Numbered from the stretch's first letter, positions 1 through 15,029 are shown. The stretch: 64,000 bases of DNA from Eledone cirrhosa (GCA_964016885.1 OZ024742.1:187302001-187366000), one strand, 5' to 3'. The notes: a model not told the origin generated them from the sequence alone. Made by a program: numbers and translations.

Positions 1-2681
1 AATATCAACATCAACAACAACAACACCAACAACACCAATCACAATGACAACATCAATAATACCGATACAAACAACAACAATCACAATAACAACATCAATA
101 ACAACAACACCAACAACCACAATCACAATAACAACATCAATAACAACAACACCAACAACCACAATCACAATAACAACATCAACAACAACAACACCAACAA
201 CACCAATCACAATAACAACATCAACAACAACAACACCAACAACAACAATCACAATAGCAACATCAATAACAACAATACCAACAACACCAATCACAATAAC
301 AACATCAATAACAACAACACCGACAATCACAATAACAACATCAATAACAACAACAACAACAACAATCACAATAACAACATCAATAACAACAACACCAACA
401 ACAACAATCGCAATAAAAACACCAATAACAACCACACCAACAACAACTATCACAATAACAACATCAACAACAACACCAACAACACCAATCACAATAACAA
501 CATCAATAACAACACCAACAACACCAATCACAATAACAACATCAACAACAACAACACCAACAACAACAATCACAATAACAACATCAATAACAACAACACC
601 AACAACAACAATCACAATAACAACATCAATAACAACAACACCAACAACACCAATCACAATAACAACATCAATAACAACAACACCAACAACACCAATCACA
701 ATAACAACATCAATAACAACAACACCAACGACACCAATCACAATAACAACATCAATACCAACAACACCAACAACACCAATCACAATAACAACATCAATAA
801 CAACAACACCAACAACACCAACAACACCAACAACACCAATCACAATAACGACATCAATAACAACAACACCAACGACACCAATCACAATAACAAAATCAAT
901 AACAACAACACCAACAACAACAATCGCAATAACAACATCAATAACAACAACACCAACAACAACAATCACAATAATAACATCAATAACAACAACACCAACA
1001 ACACCAATCACAATAACAACATCAACAACAACAACAACACCAACAACAACAATCGCAATAACAACATCAACAACAACAACACCAACAACAACACCAAACT
1101 CAATAACAACATCAACAACAACAACACCAACAACACCAGTCACAATAACAACAACACCAACAACACCAATTACAATAACAACATCAATAACAACAACATC
1201 AACAACACCAATTACGATAACAACATCAATAACAACAACACCAATAACACCAGTCACAATAACAACATCAACAACAATCACAATAACAACATCAATAACA
1301 ACAACACCAACAACACCAGTCACAACAACAACACTACCAACAATCACAATAACAACATCAATAACAACAACACTAACAACACACACAATATCAACATCAA
1401 TAACAACAACACCAACAACAACACCAAACACAATAACAACATCAACAACAACAACAACAGCAATCACAATAACAACATCAATAACCCCAATACCAACAAC
1501 AACAATCACAATAACAACATCAATAACAACAACACCAACAACCACAATCACAATAACAACATCAACAACAACAACACCAACAACACCAATCACAATAACA
1601 ACATCAATAACAACAACACCAACAACCACAATCACAATAACAACATCAATAACAACAACACCAACAACCACAATCACAATAACAACATCAACACCAACAA
1701 CACCAACAACACCAATCACAATAACAACATCAATAACAACAACAACACCAACAATCACAATAACAACATCAATAACAACAACACCAACAACAACAATCAC
1801 AATAACAACATCATCAACAACAACACCAACAACACCAATCACAATAACAACATCAATAACAACAACACCAACAACACCAATCACAATAACAACATCAACA
1901 ACAACAACACCAACAACAACAATCACAATAACAACATCAACAACAACAACACCAACAATCTCAATAACAACATCAATAACAACAACACCAACAATACCAA
2001 TTATAATAACAACATCAATAACAACACCAACAACAACACCAATCACAATAACAACATCAACAACAACATCACCAACAACACCAATCACAATAACAACATC
2101 AATAACAACAACACCAACAACACCAATCACACTAACAACATCAATAACAACGCCAACAACACCAATCACAATAACAACATCAACAACAACAACACCAACA
2201 CCAACAATCACAATAACAACATCAACAACAACAACACCAACAACAACAATCACAATAACAACATCAACAACAACAACACCAACATCAACAATCACAATAA
2301 TATCATCAACAACAACAACACCAACAACACCAATCACAATAACAACATCAATAACAACAACACCAACAACCACAATCACAATAACAACATCAATAACAAC
2401 AACACCAACAACCACAATCACAATAACAACATCAACACCAACAACACCAACAACACCAATCACAATAACAACATCAATAACAACAACAACACCAACAATC
2501 ACAATAACAACATCAATAACAACAACACCAACAACAACAATCACAATAACAACATCATCAACAACAACACCAACAACACCAATCACAATAACAACATCAA
2601 TAACAACAACACCAACGACACCAATCACAATAACAACATCAATAACAACAACACCAACAACACCAATCACAATAACAACAT

Positions 2682-2713
<32 letters not shown>

Positions 2714-5700
2714 ACAATCACAAAAACAACATCAATAACAACAACAACAATGACAACAACAACAACAATCACAAAAACAACATCAATAACAACAACACCA
2801 ACAACAACAATCGCAATAACAACATCAATAACAACAACACCAACCACAACTATCACAATAACAACATCAACAACAATAACACCAACAACACCAATCACAA
2901 TAACAACATCAACAACAACAACACCAACAACAACAATCACAATAACAACATCAATAACAACAACACCAACAACAACAATCACAATAACAACATCAATAAC
3001 AACAATACCAACAACACCAATCACAATAACAACATCAATAACAACAACACCAATAACACCAATCACAATAACAACATCAATAACAACAACACCAACAACA
3101 CCAATCACAATAACAACATCAATAACAACAACACCAACGACACCAATCACAATAACAACATCAATAACAACAACACCAACAACACCAATCACAATAACAA
3201 CATCAATAACAACAACACCAACAACACCAACAACACCAACAAAACCAATCACAATAACAACATCAATAACAACAACACCAACGACACCAATCACAATAAC
3301 AACATCAATAACAACAACACCAACAACAACAATCGCAATAACAACATCAATAACAACAACACTAACAACAACAATCACAATAATAACATCAATAACAACA
3401 ACACCAACAACAACAATAGCAATAACGACATCAACAACAACAACAACAACAACACCAATCACAATAACAACATCAACAACAACAACACCAACAACAACAA
3501 TCACAATAACAACATCAATAACAACAACAACAACACCAATCACAATAACAACATCAATAACAACAACACCAACGACACCAATCACAATAAAAACATCAAT
3601 AACAACAACACCAACGACACCAATCACAATAACAACATCAATAACAACAACACCAACAACAACAATCGCAATAACAACATCCACAACAACAACACCAACA
3701 ACACCTGTCACAACAACAACACCAACAACAATCACAATAACAACATCAATAACAACAACACTAACAACACACACAATATCAACATCAATAACAACAACAC
3801 CAGCAACAACACCAAACACAATATCAAGATCAACAACAACAACACCAACAACACCAATCACAATAACAACATCAATAATACCGATACAAACAACAACAAT
3901 CAGAATAACAACATCAATAACAACAACACCAACAACCACAATCACAATAACAACATCAACAACAACAACACCAACAACACCAATCACAATAACAACATCA
4001 ACAACAACAACACCAACAACAACAATCACAATAGCAACATTAATAACACCAATACCAACAACACCAATCACAATAACAACATCAATAACAACAACACCGA
4101 CAATCACAATAACAACATCAATAACAACAACAACAACAACAATCACAATAACAACATCAATAACAACAACACCAACAACAACAATCGCAATAAAAACACC
4201 AATAACAACCACACCAACAACAACTATCACAATAACAACATTAACAACAACACCAACAACACCAATCACAATAACAACATCAATAACAACACCAACAACA
4301 CCAATCACAATAACAACATCAACAACAACAACACCAACAACAACAATCACAATAACAACATCAATAACAACAACACCAACAACAACAATCACAATAACAA
4401 CATCAATAACAACAACACCAACAACACCAATCACAATAACAACATCAATAACAACAACACCAACAACACCAATCACAATAACAACATCAATAACAACAAC
4501 ACCAACGACACCAATCACAATAACAACATCAATACCAACAACACCAACAACACCAATCACAATAACAACATCAATAACAACAACACCAACAACACCAACA
4601 ACACCAACAACACCAATCACAATAACAACATCAATAACAACAACACCAACGACACCAATCACAATAACAACATCAATAACAACAACACCAACAACACCAA
4701 TCACAATAACAACATCAATAACAACAACACCAACAACACCAACAACACCAACAAAACCAATCACAATAACAACATCAATAACAACAACACCAACGACACC
4801 AATCACAATAACAACATCAATAACAACAACACCAACAACAACAATCGCAATAACAACATCAATAACAACAACACTAACAACAACAATCACAATAATAACA
4901 TCAATAACAACAACACCAACAACAACAATAGCAATAACGACATCAACAACAACAACAACAAAAACACCAATCACAATAACAACATCAACAACAACAACAC
5001 CAACAACAACAATCACAATAACAACATCAATAACAACAACAACAACACCAATCACAATAACAACATCAATAACAACAACACCAACGACACCAATCACAAT
5101 AACAACATCAATAACAACAACACCAACGACACCAATCACAATAACAACATCAATAACAACAACACCAACAACAACAATCGCAATAACAACATCAACAACA
5201 ACAACACCAACAACACCAGTCACAATAACAACACCAACAACAACAATCACAATAACAACATCAATAACAGCACCAACAACACTAAACACAATAACAACAT
5301 CAACAACAACACCAACAACACCTGTCACAACAACAACACCAACAACAATCACAATAACAACATCAATAACAACAACACTAACAACACACACAATATCAAC
5401 ATCAATAACAACAACACCAGCAACAACACCAAACACAATATCAACATCAACAACAACAACACCAACAACACCAATCACAATGACAACATCAATAATACCG
5501 ATACAAACAACAACAATCACAATAACAACATCAATAACAACAACACCAACAACCACAATCACAATAACAACATCAATAACAACAACACCAACAACCACAA
5601 TCACAATAACAACATCAACAACAACAACACCAACAACACCAATCACAATAACAACATCAACAACAACAACACCAACAACAACAATCACAATAGCAACATC

Positions 5701-8700
5701 AATAACAACAATACCAACAACACCAATCACAATAACAACATCAATAACAACAACACCGACAATCACAATAACAACATCAATAACAACAACAACAACAACA
5801 ATCACAATAACAACATCAATAACAACAACACCAACAACAACAATCGCAATAAAAACACCAATAACAACCACACCAACAACAACTATCACAATAACAACAT
5901 CAACAACAACACCAACAACACCAATCACAATAACAACATCAATAACAACACCAACAACACCAATCACAATAACAACATCAACAACAACAACACCAACAAC
6001 AACAATCACAATAACAACATCAATAACAACAACACCAACAACAACAATCACAATAACAACATCAATAACAACAACACCAACAACACCAATCACAATAACA
6101 ACATCAATAACAACAACACCAACAACACCAATCACAATAACAACATCAATAACAACAACACCAACGACACCAATCACAATAACAACATCAATACCAACAA
6201 CACCAACAACACCAATCACAATAACAACATCAATAACAACAACACCAACAACACCAACAACACCAACAACACCAATCACAATAACGACATCAATAACAAC
6301 AACACCAACGACACCAATCACAATAACAAAATCAATAACAACAACACCAACAACAACAATCGCAATAACAACATCAATAACAACAACACCAACAACAACA
6401 ATCACAATAATAACATCAATAACAACAACACCAACAACACCAATCACAATAACAACATCAACAACAACAACAACACCAACAACAACAATCGCAATAACAA
6501 CATCAACAACAACAACACCAACAACAACACCAAACTCAATAACAACATCAACAACAACAACACCAACAACACCAGTCACAATAACAACAACACCAACAAC
6601 ACCAATTACAATAACAACATCAATAACAACAACATCAACAACACCAATTACGATAACAACATCAATAACAACAACACCAATAACACCAGTCACAATAACA
6701 ACATCAACAACAATCACAATAACAACATCAATAACAACAACACCAACAACACCAGTCACAACAACAACACTACCAACAATCACAATAACAACATCAATAA
6801 CAACAACACTAACAACACACACAATATCAACATCAATAACAACAACACCAACAACAACACCAAACACAATAACAACATCAACAACAACAACAACAGCAAT
6901 CACAATAACAACATCAATAACCCCAATACCAACAACAACAATCACAATAACAACATCAATAACAACAACACCAACAACCACAATCACAATAACAACATCA
7001 ACAACAACAACACCAACAACACCAATCACAATAACAACATCAATAACAACAACACCAACAACCACAATCACAATAACAACATCAATAACAACAACACCAA
7101 CAACCACAATCACAATAACAACATCAACACCAACAACACCAACAACACCAATCACAATAACAACATCAATAACAACAACAACACCAACAATCACAATAAC
7201 AACATCAATAACAACAACACCAACAACAACAATCACAATAACAACATCATCAACAACAACACCAACAACACCAATCACAATAACAACATCAATAACAACA
7301 ACACCAACAACACCAATCACAATAACAACATCAACAACAACAACACCAACAACAACAATCACAATAACAACATCAACAACAACAACACCAACAATCTCAA
7401 TAACAACATCAATAACAACAACACCAACAATACCAATTATAATAACAACATCAATAACAACACCAACAACAACACCAATCACAATAACAACATCAACAAC
7501 AACATCACCAACAACACCAATCACAATAACAACATCAATAACAACAACACCAACAACACCAATCACACTAACAACATCAATAACAACGCCAACAACACCA
7601 ATCACAATAACAACATCAACAACAACAACACCAACACCAACAATCACAATAACAACATCAACAACAACAACACCAACAACAACAATCACAATAACAACAT
7701 CAACAACAACAACACCAACATCAACAATCACAATAATATCATCAACAACAACAACACCAACAACACCAATCACAATAACAACATCAATAACAACAACACC
7801 AACAACCACAATCACAATAACAACATCAATAACAACAACACCAACAACCACAATCACAATAACAACATCAACACCAACAACACCAACAACACCAATCACA
7901 ATAACAACATCAATAACAACAACAACACCAACAATCACAATAACAACATCAATAACAACAACACCAACAACAACAATCACAATAACAACATCATCAACAA
8001 CAACACCAACAACACCAATCACAATAACAACATCAATAACAACAACACCAACAACACCAATCACAATAACAACATCAATAACAACAACACTAACAACACA
8101 CACAATATCAACATCAATAACAACAACACCAACAACAACACCAAACACAATAACAACATCAACAACAACAACAACAGCAATCACAATAACAACATCAATA
8201 ACCCCAATACCAACAACAACAATCACAATAACAACATCAATAACAACAACACCAACAACCACAATCACAATAACAACATCAACAACAACAACACCAACAA
8301 CACCAATCACAATAACAACATCAATAACAACAACACCAACAACCACAATCACAATAACAACATCAATAACAACAACACCAACAACCACAATCACAATAAC
8401 AACATCAACACCAACAACACCAACAACACCAATCACAATAACAACATCAATAACAACAACAACACCAACAATCACAATAACAACATCAATAACAACAACA
8501 CCAACAACAACAATCACAATAACAACATCATCAACAACAACACCAACAACACCAATCACAATAACAACATCAATAACAACAACACCAACAACACCAATCA
8601 CAATAACAACATCAACAACAACAACACCAACAACAACAATCACAATAACAACATCAACAACAACAACACCAACAATCTCAATAACAACATCAATAACAAC

Positions 8701-9335
8701 AACACCAACAATACCAATTATAATAACAACATCAATAACAACACCAACAACAACACCAATCACAATAACAACATCAACAACAACATCACCAACAACACCA
8801 ATCACAATAACAACATCAATAACAACAACACCAACAACACCAATCACACTAACAACATCAATAACAACGCCAACAACACCAATCACAATAACAACATCAA
8901 CAACAACAACACCAACACCAACAATCACAATAACAACATCAACAACAACAACACCAACAACAACAATCACAATAACAACATCAACAACAACAACACCAAC
9001 ATCAACAATCACAATAATATCATCAACAACAACAACACCAACAACAACAATCACAATAACAACATCAATAACAACAACAACAACACCAATCACAATTACA
9101 ACCTCAATAACAACAACACCAACAACACCAATCACAATAACAACATCAATAACAACAACACCAACAACACCAAACACAATAATAACTTCAACAACAAAAA
9201 CACCAACAACACCAATCACAATAACAACATCAATAACAACAACACCAAACACAATGACAACATCAACAACAACAACACCAGCAACACCAATCACAATAAC
9301 AAGATCAATAACAACAACACCAACAACACCAACAC
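1..9335 (+). repeat. ACA-derived 42-bp satellite (consensus CCA ACA ACA CCA ATC ACA ATA ACA ACA TCA ATA ACA ACA ACA) with higher-order duplications
   Basis: ATCACAATA recurs at 42-bp spacing (e.g. 611, 653). The rare variants starting at position 1 recur from 5437 (offset 5436). The marker CTAACAACACACACAATATC occurs at about 1373, 3761, 5378, 6809 and 8090. The array runs off the left edge of the window. Confidence 0.95.
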
Positions 9336-9358
9336 AGCAGAATTTGTATTCTTTATAA
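44..9358 (+). CDS. Possible mucin-like PTS (Thr/Ile/Pro/Ser) repeat exon; may be only an open frame of a triplet satellite
   Basis: 3104-codon stop-free frame with unit PTTPITITTSITTT and some synonymous Thr/Pro variants (ACG, ACC, ACT, CCG). Against: triplet-based satellites stay open by default, and the frame ends inside a repeat fragment with no strong splice donor. Confidence 0.3.
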
Positions 9359-9537
9359 TTGAACAGTAAACACTTCTATGAATGACAAAAATAAATACAA
9401 AATAAGGGAAATATAAAGAAAAATTGCGAATAATGTCTCTTAGCTGAACAATATATTTTAGCTGCTCTGTATGAACAAGACGGCGAAAATGTTTCCGCAG
9501 AGAACAGCCAAAAGCACCTGCTACATCAGCCAACCTA

Positions 9538-9541
<4 letters not shown>
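9338..9541 (+). mobile_element. Probable PLE-derived 3' tail fragment ending in (TA)n
   Basis: Inverted copy at 10503-10705, and its last ~21 bp are repeated inverted at 9617-9637. All copies end ...CAGCCAACCTACC next to TA repeats. Confidence 0.55.
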
Positions 9542-9619
<78 letters not shown>

Positions 9620-9718
9620 TAGGTTGGCTGATGTAGACTACCAAATCAACCTTCTCAAATGCAAGTAGATGTTGTTACGGTATGTCGAATGTATTTATCT
9701 ATAAAACTGTTTATATTG

Positions 9719-9784
9719 TATTTTGTCTGAGGAAGGCATAGCATATTGTTAATATGATATCCCTGAAATATATATAATGAAATA
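9719..9784 (+). ncRNA. Minimal type I hammerhead ribozyme motif
   Basis: TATTTTGT-CTGAGGA-[AGG..CATATT GTT AATATG..CCT]-GAAA-TATATA-TA-ATGAAATA: intact core, 8-bp stem I with two G-U pairs, long stem II, palindromic stem III. Confidence 0.8.
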
Positions 9785-9821
9785 AATATGGTTTTATAAA
9801 TATAGTTTCCATTTATTTAAT

Positions 9822-9959
<138 letters not shown>

Positions 9960-9960
9960 T

Positions 9961-10323
9961 ATATTGGTAAACGGAAAATAAAATGCTAACAAATTGTTCA
10001 CAGTGAAAAATAGTTTAATTAGGAATAAGTGAAAATTAGTAATAGTATTGGCTAGTATTTAATTTGGGTTTTAAGTTTTACCGGTTGCGCATTTATAATG
10101 CTTTTCAAAAATAATTTTGAGATAAGGCGCCCGTGATGTTTGCTCTAGTCTGATTAGAGCAAACATCACGGGCGCTCTGAAAAGCATTATAAATGCGCAA
10201 CCGTTAACACTTAAAACCAAAAGTGAATACTAACCAATACTATTACTAATTTTCACTTTTTCCTAATTAAACTATTTTTCACTGTGAACAATTTGTCAGC
10301 ATTTTCTTTTCCGTTTACCAATA
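9961..10323. mobile_element. Fold-back insertion in (TA)n, arms 9961-10148 and 10155-10323
   Basis: Arms are reverse complements around centre ~10151 (TTTGCTCTA GTCTGAT TAGAGCAAA), with TA tracts on both sides. Only a degenerate hammerhead-like motif is present (CTGATT AGAGC..GCTCT GAAA). Confidence 0.8.
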
Positions 10324-10349
10324 TATATATATATATATATATATATCTA

Positions 10350-10497
10350 AGGCGGGTAAAATTCCCGAGATCCATGGACGAGTTCTCTCCAGCGGTCTCT
10401 GTCCCTCATTATCGCTGCCATATCTCTAACAGACCAGTGTCTGTCCTTAGGGCATCAACATATGTTAACCTTGGTCTTCCCCTTCTAGTGTGTCCAT
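10350..10497 (-). mobile_element. RTE-type LINE 3' terminal fragment
   Basis: Minus strand reads GHTRRGRPRLTYVDALRTDTGL then (frameshift) MAAIMRDRDRWRELVHGSR, the GRP/DRxxW C-terminal signature of RTE-clade ORFs. Confidence 0.7.
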
Positions 10498-10502
10498 ATA
10501 TA

Positions 10503-10705
10503 TAGGTAGGTTGGCTGATGTAACGGATACTTTTGGCTGTTCTCTGCGGAAACATTTTCGCCGTCTTGTTCATACAGAGCAGCTAAAATATATTGTTCAG
10601 CTAAGAGACATTATTCGCAATTTTTCTTTATATTTCCCTTATTTTGTATTTATATTTGTCATTCATAGAAGTGTTTACTGTTCAATTATAAAGAATACAC
10701 ATTCT
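10503..10705 (-). mobile_element. Second copy of the 9338-9541 tail element
   Basis: Near-identical reverse complement of 9338-9541. Confidence 0.6.
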
Positions 10706-10730
10706 CGTGTATCCCATGGGTAGTGAAAGA

Positions 10731-10780
<50 letters not shown>

Positions 10781-10784
10781 AGAG

Positions 10785-10871
<87 letters not shown>

Positions 10872-10873
10872 CA

Positions 10874-11540
10874 TAAGTATGTATACGTACATACATATAT
10901 GTATACAGACGTACAGTAGTATGTATATATATACATACATGCACACATATATATGTACGTATGGATTTACCGACCATTTATTATAATGCTCGGTTTGTTT
11001 GTAAACAAACATCCCGAATTAAGCCGTACAGTGTGTAAGAACCATTGTTGCCCTTTTTTTCAACACTGACAAAGGAACGATGTACTAGTTTCAAGCTTAT
11101 TAGGTATCGTCAGCACCGTATACCTTCCTGCCAGATGATTGAACGTCTGAAAGTATATACTTTCCTTATGCATATTTCGGTGCGCCCGGTCGATTAACCC
11201 ACTCGATATGCAAATTAGGCTGCTCAGCCGTTAATATGCATAAGGAAAGTATATACTTTCAGACGTTCAATCATCTTGCAGGAAGGTATACGGTGCTGAC
11301 GATAGCTAATAAGCTTGAAACTAGTACATCGTTCCTTTGTCAGTGTTGAACAAAAGGGCAATGATAGTTGCCAAACACTGTACAGCTTAATTCGGGATCT
11401 GTGTTTACAAACAAACCGAACATTATAATAAATACTCGGTAAATCCATACGTACATATATATATATATGTGTGTGCATGTATGTATATATATACATACTA
11501 CTGTACGTCTGTATACATATATGTATGTACGTATACATAC
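10874..11540. mobile_element. Fold-back insertion with hammerhead, arms 10874-11176 and 11233-11540
   Basis: ~300-bp inverted arms, ~56-bp spacer, left end in (TA)n, one hammerhead per arm. Confidence 0.85.
11290..11332 (+). ncRNA. Minimal type I hammerhead ribozyme motif (mirror copy 11077-11119, minus strand)
   Basis: ACGGTG-CTGACGA-TAGCT AATA AGCTT-GAAA-CTAG-TA-CATCGT: 6-bp stem I, palindromic CTAG stem III, GUA cleavage triplet. The first stem II pair is a U-U mismatch. Confidence 0.8.
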
Positions 11541-11597
11541 CTATATTTAAGTAACAGCCGTACTAAGAGTGAGAAATGAAATTTCGTTTCATTGTTT

Positions 11598-11735
<138 letters not shown>

Positions 11736-11736
11736 T

Positions 11737-11770
<34 letters not shown>

Positions 11771-11774
11771 TATA

Positions 11775-12203
11775 GGATTATTCTGGATGCAGTAATGGTT
11801 AATTACTACACTGGATAGAGTTGACGTACGGTGAGTGGTTACTCAACGAGTTATGGAAGAATAGTTGAAGAAAATCAGTTCCTGATCCTTCTGTATTGCG
11901 GAGTGTAGATAAAGAATGAATAATAACAGGTAGACATCATAAAAAGGTAATTTATTCTGTGTGCTTACAAATGTTTCCATGGTGGTTATACAGCCTAGTT
12001 ATGCTATGTGCAAATTTATATCTATTTGCAAAACTCAATTATCAAATGCTGTGACCGCTGTATCATCAGAGCAGAATGGTTAAAATGTTAAATGTAAATA
12101 CCCTTAAGTGAGGTTATTGGGGAAGATAGAGTAGAAAAGGTAGAGAGAAATAAGGGGATAGGGAGAGAGAGAGAGCGAGAGAGAGAGAAAGAGAGAGAGA
12201 GAG

Positions 12204-12255
<52 letters not shown>

Positions 12256-12685
12256 GGGTTGGAGAATTTCCCTCTGTGGCAATAAATAATTCCAACCTTA
12301 ACTATCAACGCATCGCTTAAGGTGGTCGCTTTAATAGTAACCAGTATAATAAAACCCCTACCACAACATCTTGATTAATATATCTGTATTCTACAAACCA
12401 CTCTCTCCCATTTCTCCAACCTCTGCATATCTCTCCCTCTCCCATTCTTTCTCTCTTCCTTTTCTACTCTATCTTCCCCAATAACCTCACTTAAGGGTAT
12501 TTACATTTTACATTTTAACCATTCAGCTCTGATGAAACAGTGGTCACAGCATTTGATAATTGAGTTTTGCAAATAGTTATAAATTCGCACATAGCGTAAC
12601 TAGGCTGTATAACCACCGTGGAAACATTTGTAAGCACACAGAATACATTACCTTTTTATATGTCTACCTGCTATTATTCATTCTT

Positions 12686-12688
<3 letters not shown>
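11775..12688. mobile_element. Fold-back insertion, arms ~11908-12278 and ~12411-12688, extra tail 11775-11907 on the left arm only
   Basis: Inverted arms between (TA)n tracts. Same family as 30665-31027. Confidence 0.85.
12521..12644 (+). ncRNA. Hammerhead motif with extended stem II (mirror copy 11954-12077, minus strand)
   Basis: ATTC(T/A)GCT-CTGATGA-(T/A)ACAG(T/C)GGT...ACCACCGTG-GAAA-CATTTG-TA-AGCACACAGAAT. The copy at ~30946 has ACCACCGTA-GAAA, which supports an ancestral TACGGTGGT/ACCACCGTA stem II. Confidence 0.6.
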
Positions 12689-12718
<30 letters not shown>

Positions 12719-13004
12719 GGGGAGAAAGAGAGCTATATATACTGTATGTGTATATGTATATGCATAAATGTATACATATATATAGAAAGGGAGATAGATA
12801 TATTGAGAGAGACGGAGAGAGAGAGAGAGAGAGGGAGGGAGAGTGAAGAGAGAGAGGGGGAGAGAGAGAGTGTGAGAGGGTGAGACTTTACAGAACAGAA
12901 ATAAAAGATGTTCTATTAGTTATATCAATTGTGTGGCTGTCATTGATGAAGATTTACTGTAAAGCTGATGATAGTCTCAAGATAAAGTGAAAGAGAGTCC
13001 AATG

Positions 13005-13214
13005 TAGACACACACACTGCCGCACACTGGTATGTGTTAATATATTTCTAAACACACAGACCACCGCATACTGGTGTGTGTGTATTTATATTTAGAAACA
13101 CACACACTACCGTAAACTGGCCTGTATGTATTTCTAAACACACACACCGTCGTACACTGCGTTGTGAGGTGTAGGACACCTCGTTTTTATTTTCATTTTG
13201 TAAAAAAACCTCAC

Positions 13215-13285
<71 letters not shown>

Positions 13286-14032
13286 TGAACAGAAAGACTT
13301 CATTTCACGCTATATTTCTATATTTCTATATTTCCAAACACACACACACCGCACACTAGCGTGTGTGTCTATATTTCCAAACACACACACCGCCACACAC
13401 TAGTGCGTGTGTCTATATTTCCAAACACATACACCGCCACCGCACACTTGGGTGTGTGTGTCTATATTTAGAAACACACACACCACCACCGCACACTAGT
13501 GCGTGTGTCTATATTAGGAAACACACACACCACCACCGCACACTAGTGCGTGTGTCTATATTTAGAAACACACACACCGCCACCGCACAGTTATGTGTGT
13601 CTCTACATTTCCAAACACACACACCGCCGCACACTAGTGCGTGTGTCTACATTCCCAAACACACACACCACCACACACTAGTGCGTGTGTCTATATTTAG
13701 AAACATACCGCCACCGCACACTAGTGCGTGTGTCTATATTTAGAAACACACACACCGCCACCGCACAGTTGTGTGTGTCTCTACATTTCCAAACACACAC
13801 ACCGCCGCACACTAGTGCGTGTGTCTATATTTCCAAACACAGACCGCCACCGCACACTAGTGTGTGAGTCTACATTCCCAAACACACACACCGCCACCGC
13901 ACACTAGTGTGTGTGTCTACATTCCCAAACACACACACACCGCCACCGCATACTTGTGTGTGTGTCTATATTTAGAAACATACATACCACCGCCGCACAC
14001 GTGTGTGTGTGTGTCTACATTTCCAAACACAT
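13005..14032. repeat. ~43-48-bp minisatellite CGCACACTAGTGCGTGTGTCTATATTT(CC/AG)AAACACACACACCGCCAC
   Basis: About 15 tandem units at 13320-14032 and older units at 13005-13160, interrupted by a PLE tail fragment and (TA)n. Confidence 0.9.
13168..13222 (+). mobile_element. Isolated 3' tail of the PLE family at 53.5-56.0 kb
   Basis: GTGTAGGACACCTCG...TTTTCATTTTGTAAAAAAA..TCAC.TTCTAA(TA)n matches 55901-55952. Confidence 0.75.
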
Positions 14033-14437
14033 ATGTCGGCGCATTCACTGCCGCAAAGCAAACTTTAAACAAGAAATCAAAGACGTTTGAAAATTGAATC
14101 TATATAAAGGAAAACACCTCAAACAGATGGACAAACATAACTGTCATCTATATTATATAATACGCAGATGTGTGTAGGTATGTGGAATATAGATAAACAA
14201 AATATCTAAACCACGAAGACCGCCTCATGAGAAAAGACTGTCCCGTGCTTCGTTTGTTTTTCTGTTGTCTTCGTACACCTTTATTTTATTTTATTCGTTT
14301 TGTATGGTCTAAGATACGTGGGAAACTTTTTCAAATTGCTATAAATGTATATATACATCGTGTATGTTCAGAAAACGGCGGAATTTTAAGATAGAATTAG
14401 AAGTTCTCGCCGTAACTTTGACAGAATAAAATAGTAT

Positions 14438-14536
14438 AATAATTGTTTCTACTTTTGGCACAAAGCCATCAATTATATCACTGCATTACTGGTACTTTAT
14501 TTTATCGACCCCGTAAGGATCAATGGCAAAGTTAAC
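14438..14536 (-). mobile_element. tRNA-derived SINE family A, 3' half
   Basis: Reverse complement of the family A body GTTAACTTTGCC..CCTTACGGGGTCGATAAAATAAAGTACCAGT..GCCAAAAGTAGAAACAATTATT. Confidence 0.85.
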
Positions 14537-14762
14537 GGAAAGGGGCGTATGAGACTTGTTATTGTATTTTTGTGATTGTCCGTTTTTTAACTATATGTGT
14601 ACAATTACCTCCTGCGTTTTGTTTGTTCATATATATATTACATATTTAATTTAAGTGAAAAAATTCTATATACGGGAGCATAAGCCAGACAGACCAAAAT
14701 ATTTCGATATATAAGTGAGATAGCCTATCAATTTATCTATTTATCTATTTACCATTGTCTCG

Positions 14763-14833
<71 letters not shown>

Positions 14834-14897
14834 CCTCTCTCTCTCTCTCTCGCTCCTTCTCTCCCCTCTCTCTCTATATATATATATATATTTCTGC

Positions 14898-14946
<49 letters not shown>

Positions 14947-15029
14947 GAAGGTGAGTAATATTGTAGAACAATAAAACTATGCATATATCAGATAAGTAAC
15001 ACTCAACAGTTGGTAGAACTGGAGTATAT

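Noticed and set aside
9478-9535. CTGATGT..GAAA motif in the tail element (minus strand)
   Set aside because: Core A9 is missing and stem I is out of register; it is also antisense to the inferred element polarity.
12960-13005. CTGATGA...GAAA hammerhead candidate
   Set aside because: No pairing for stems I, II or III.
13320-14032. CRISPR-like array of palindromic repeats
   Set aside because: Units are contiguous with no unique spacers, there are no cas genes, and the context is eukaryotic.
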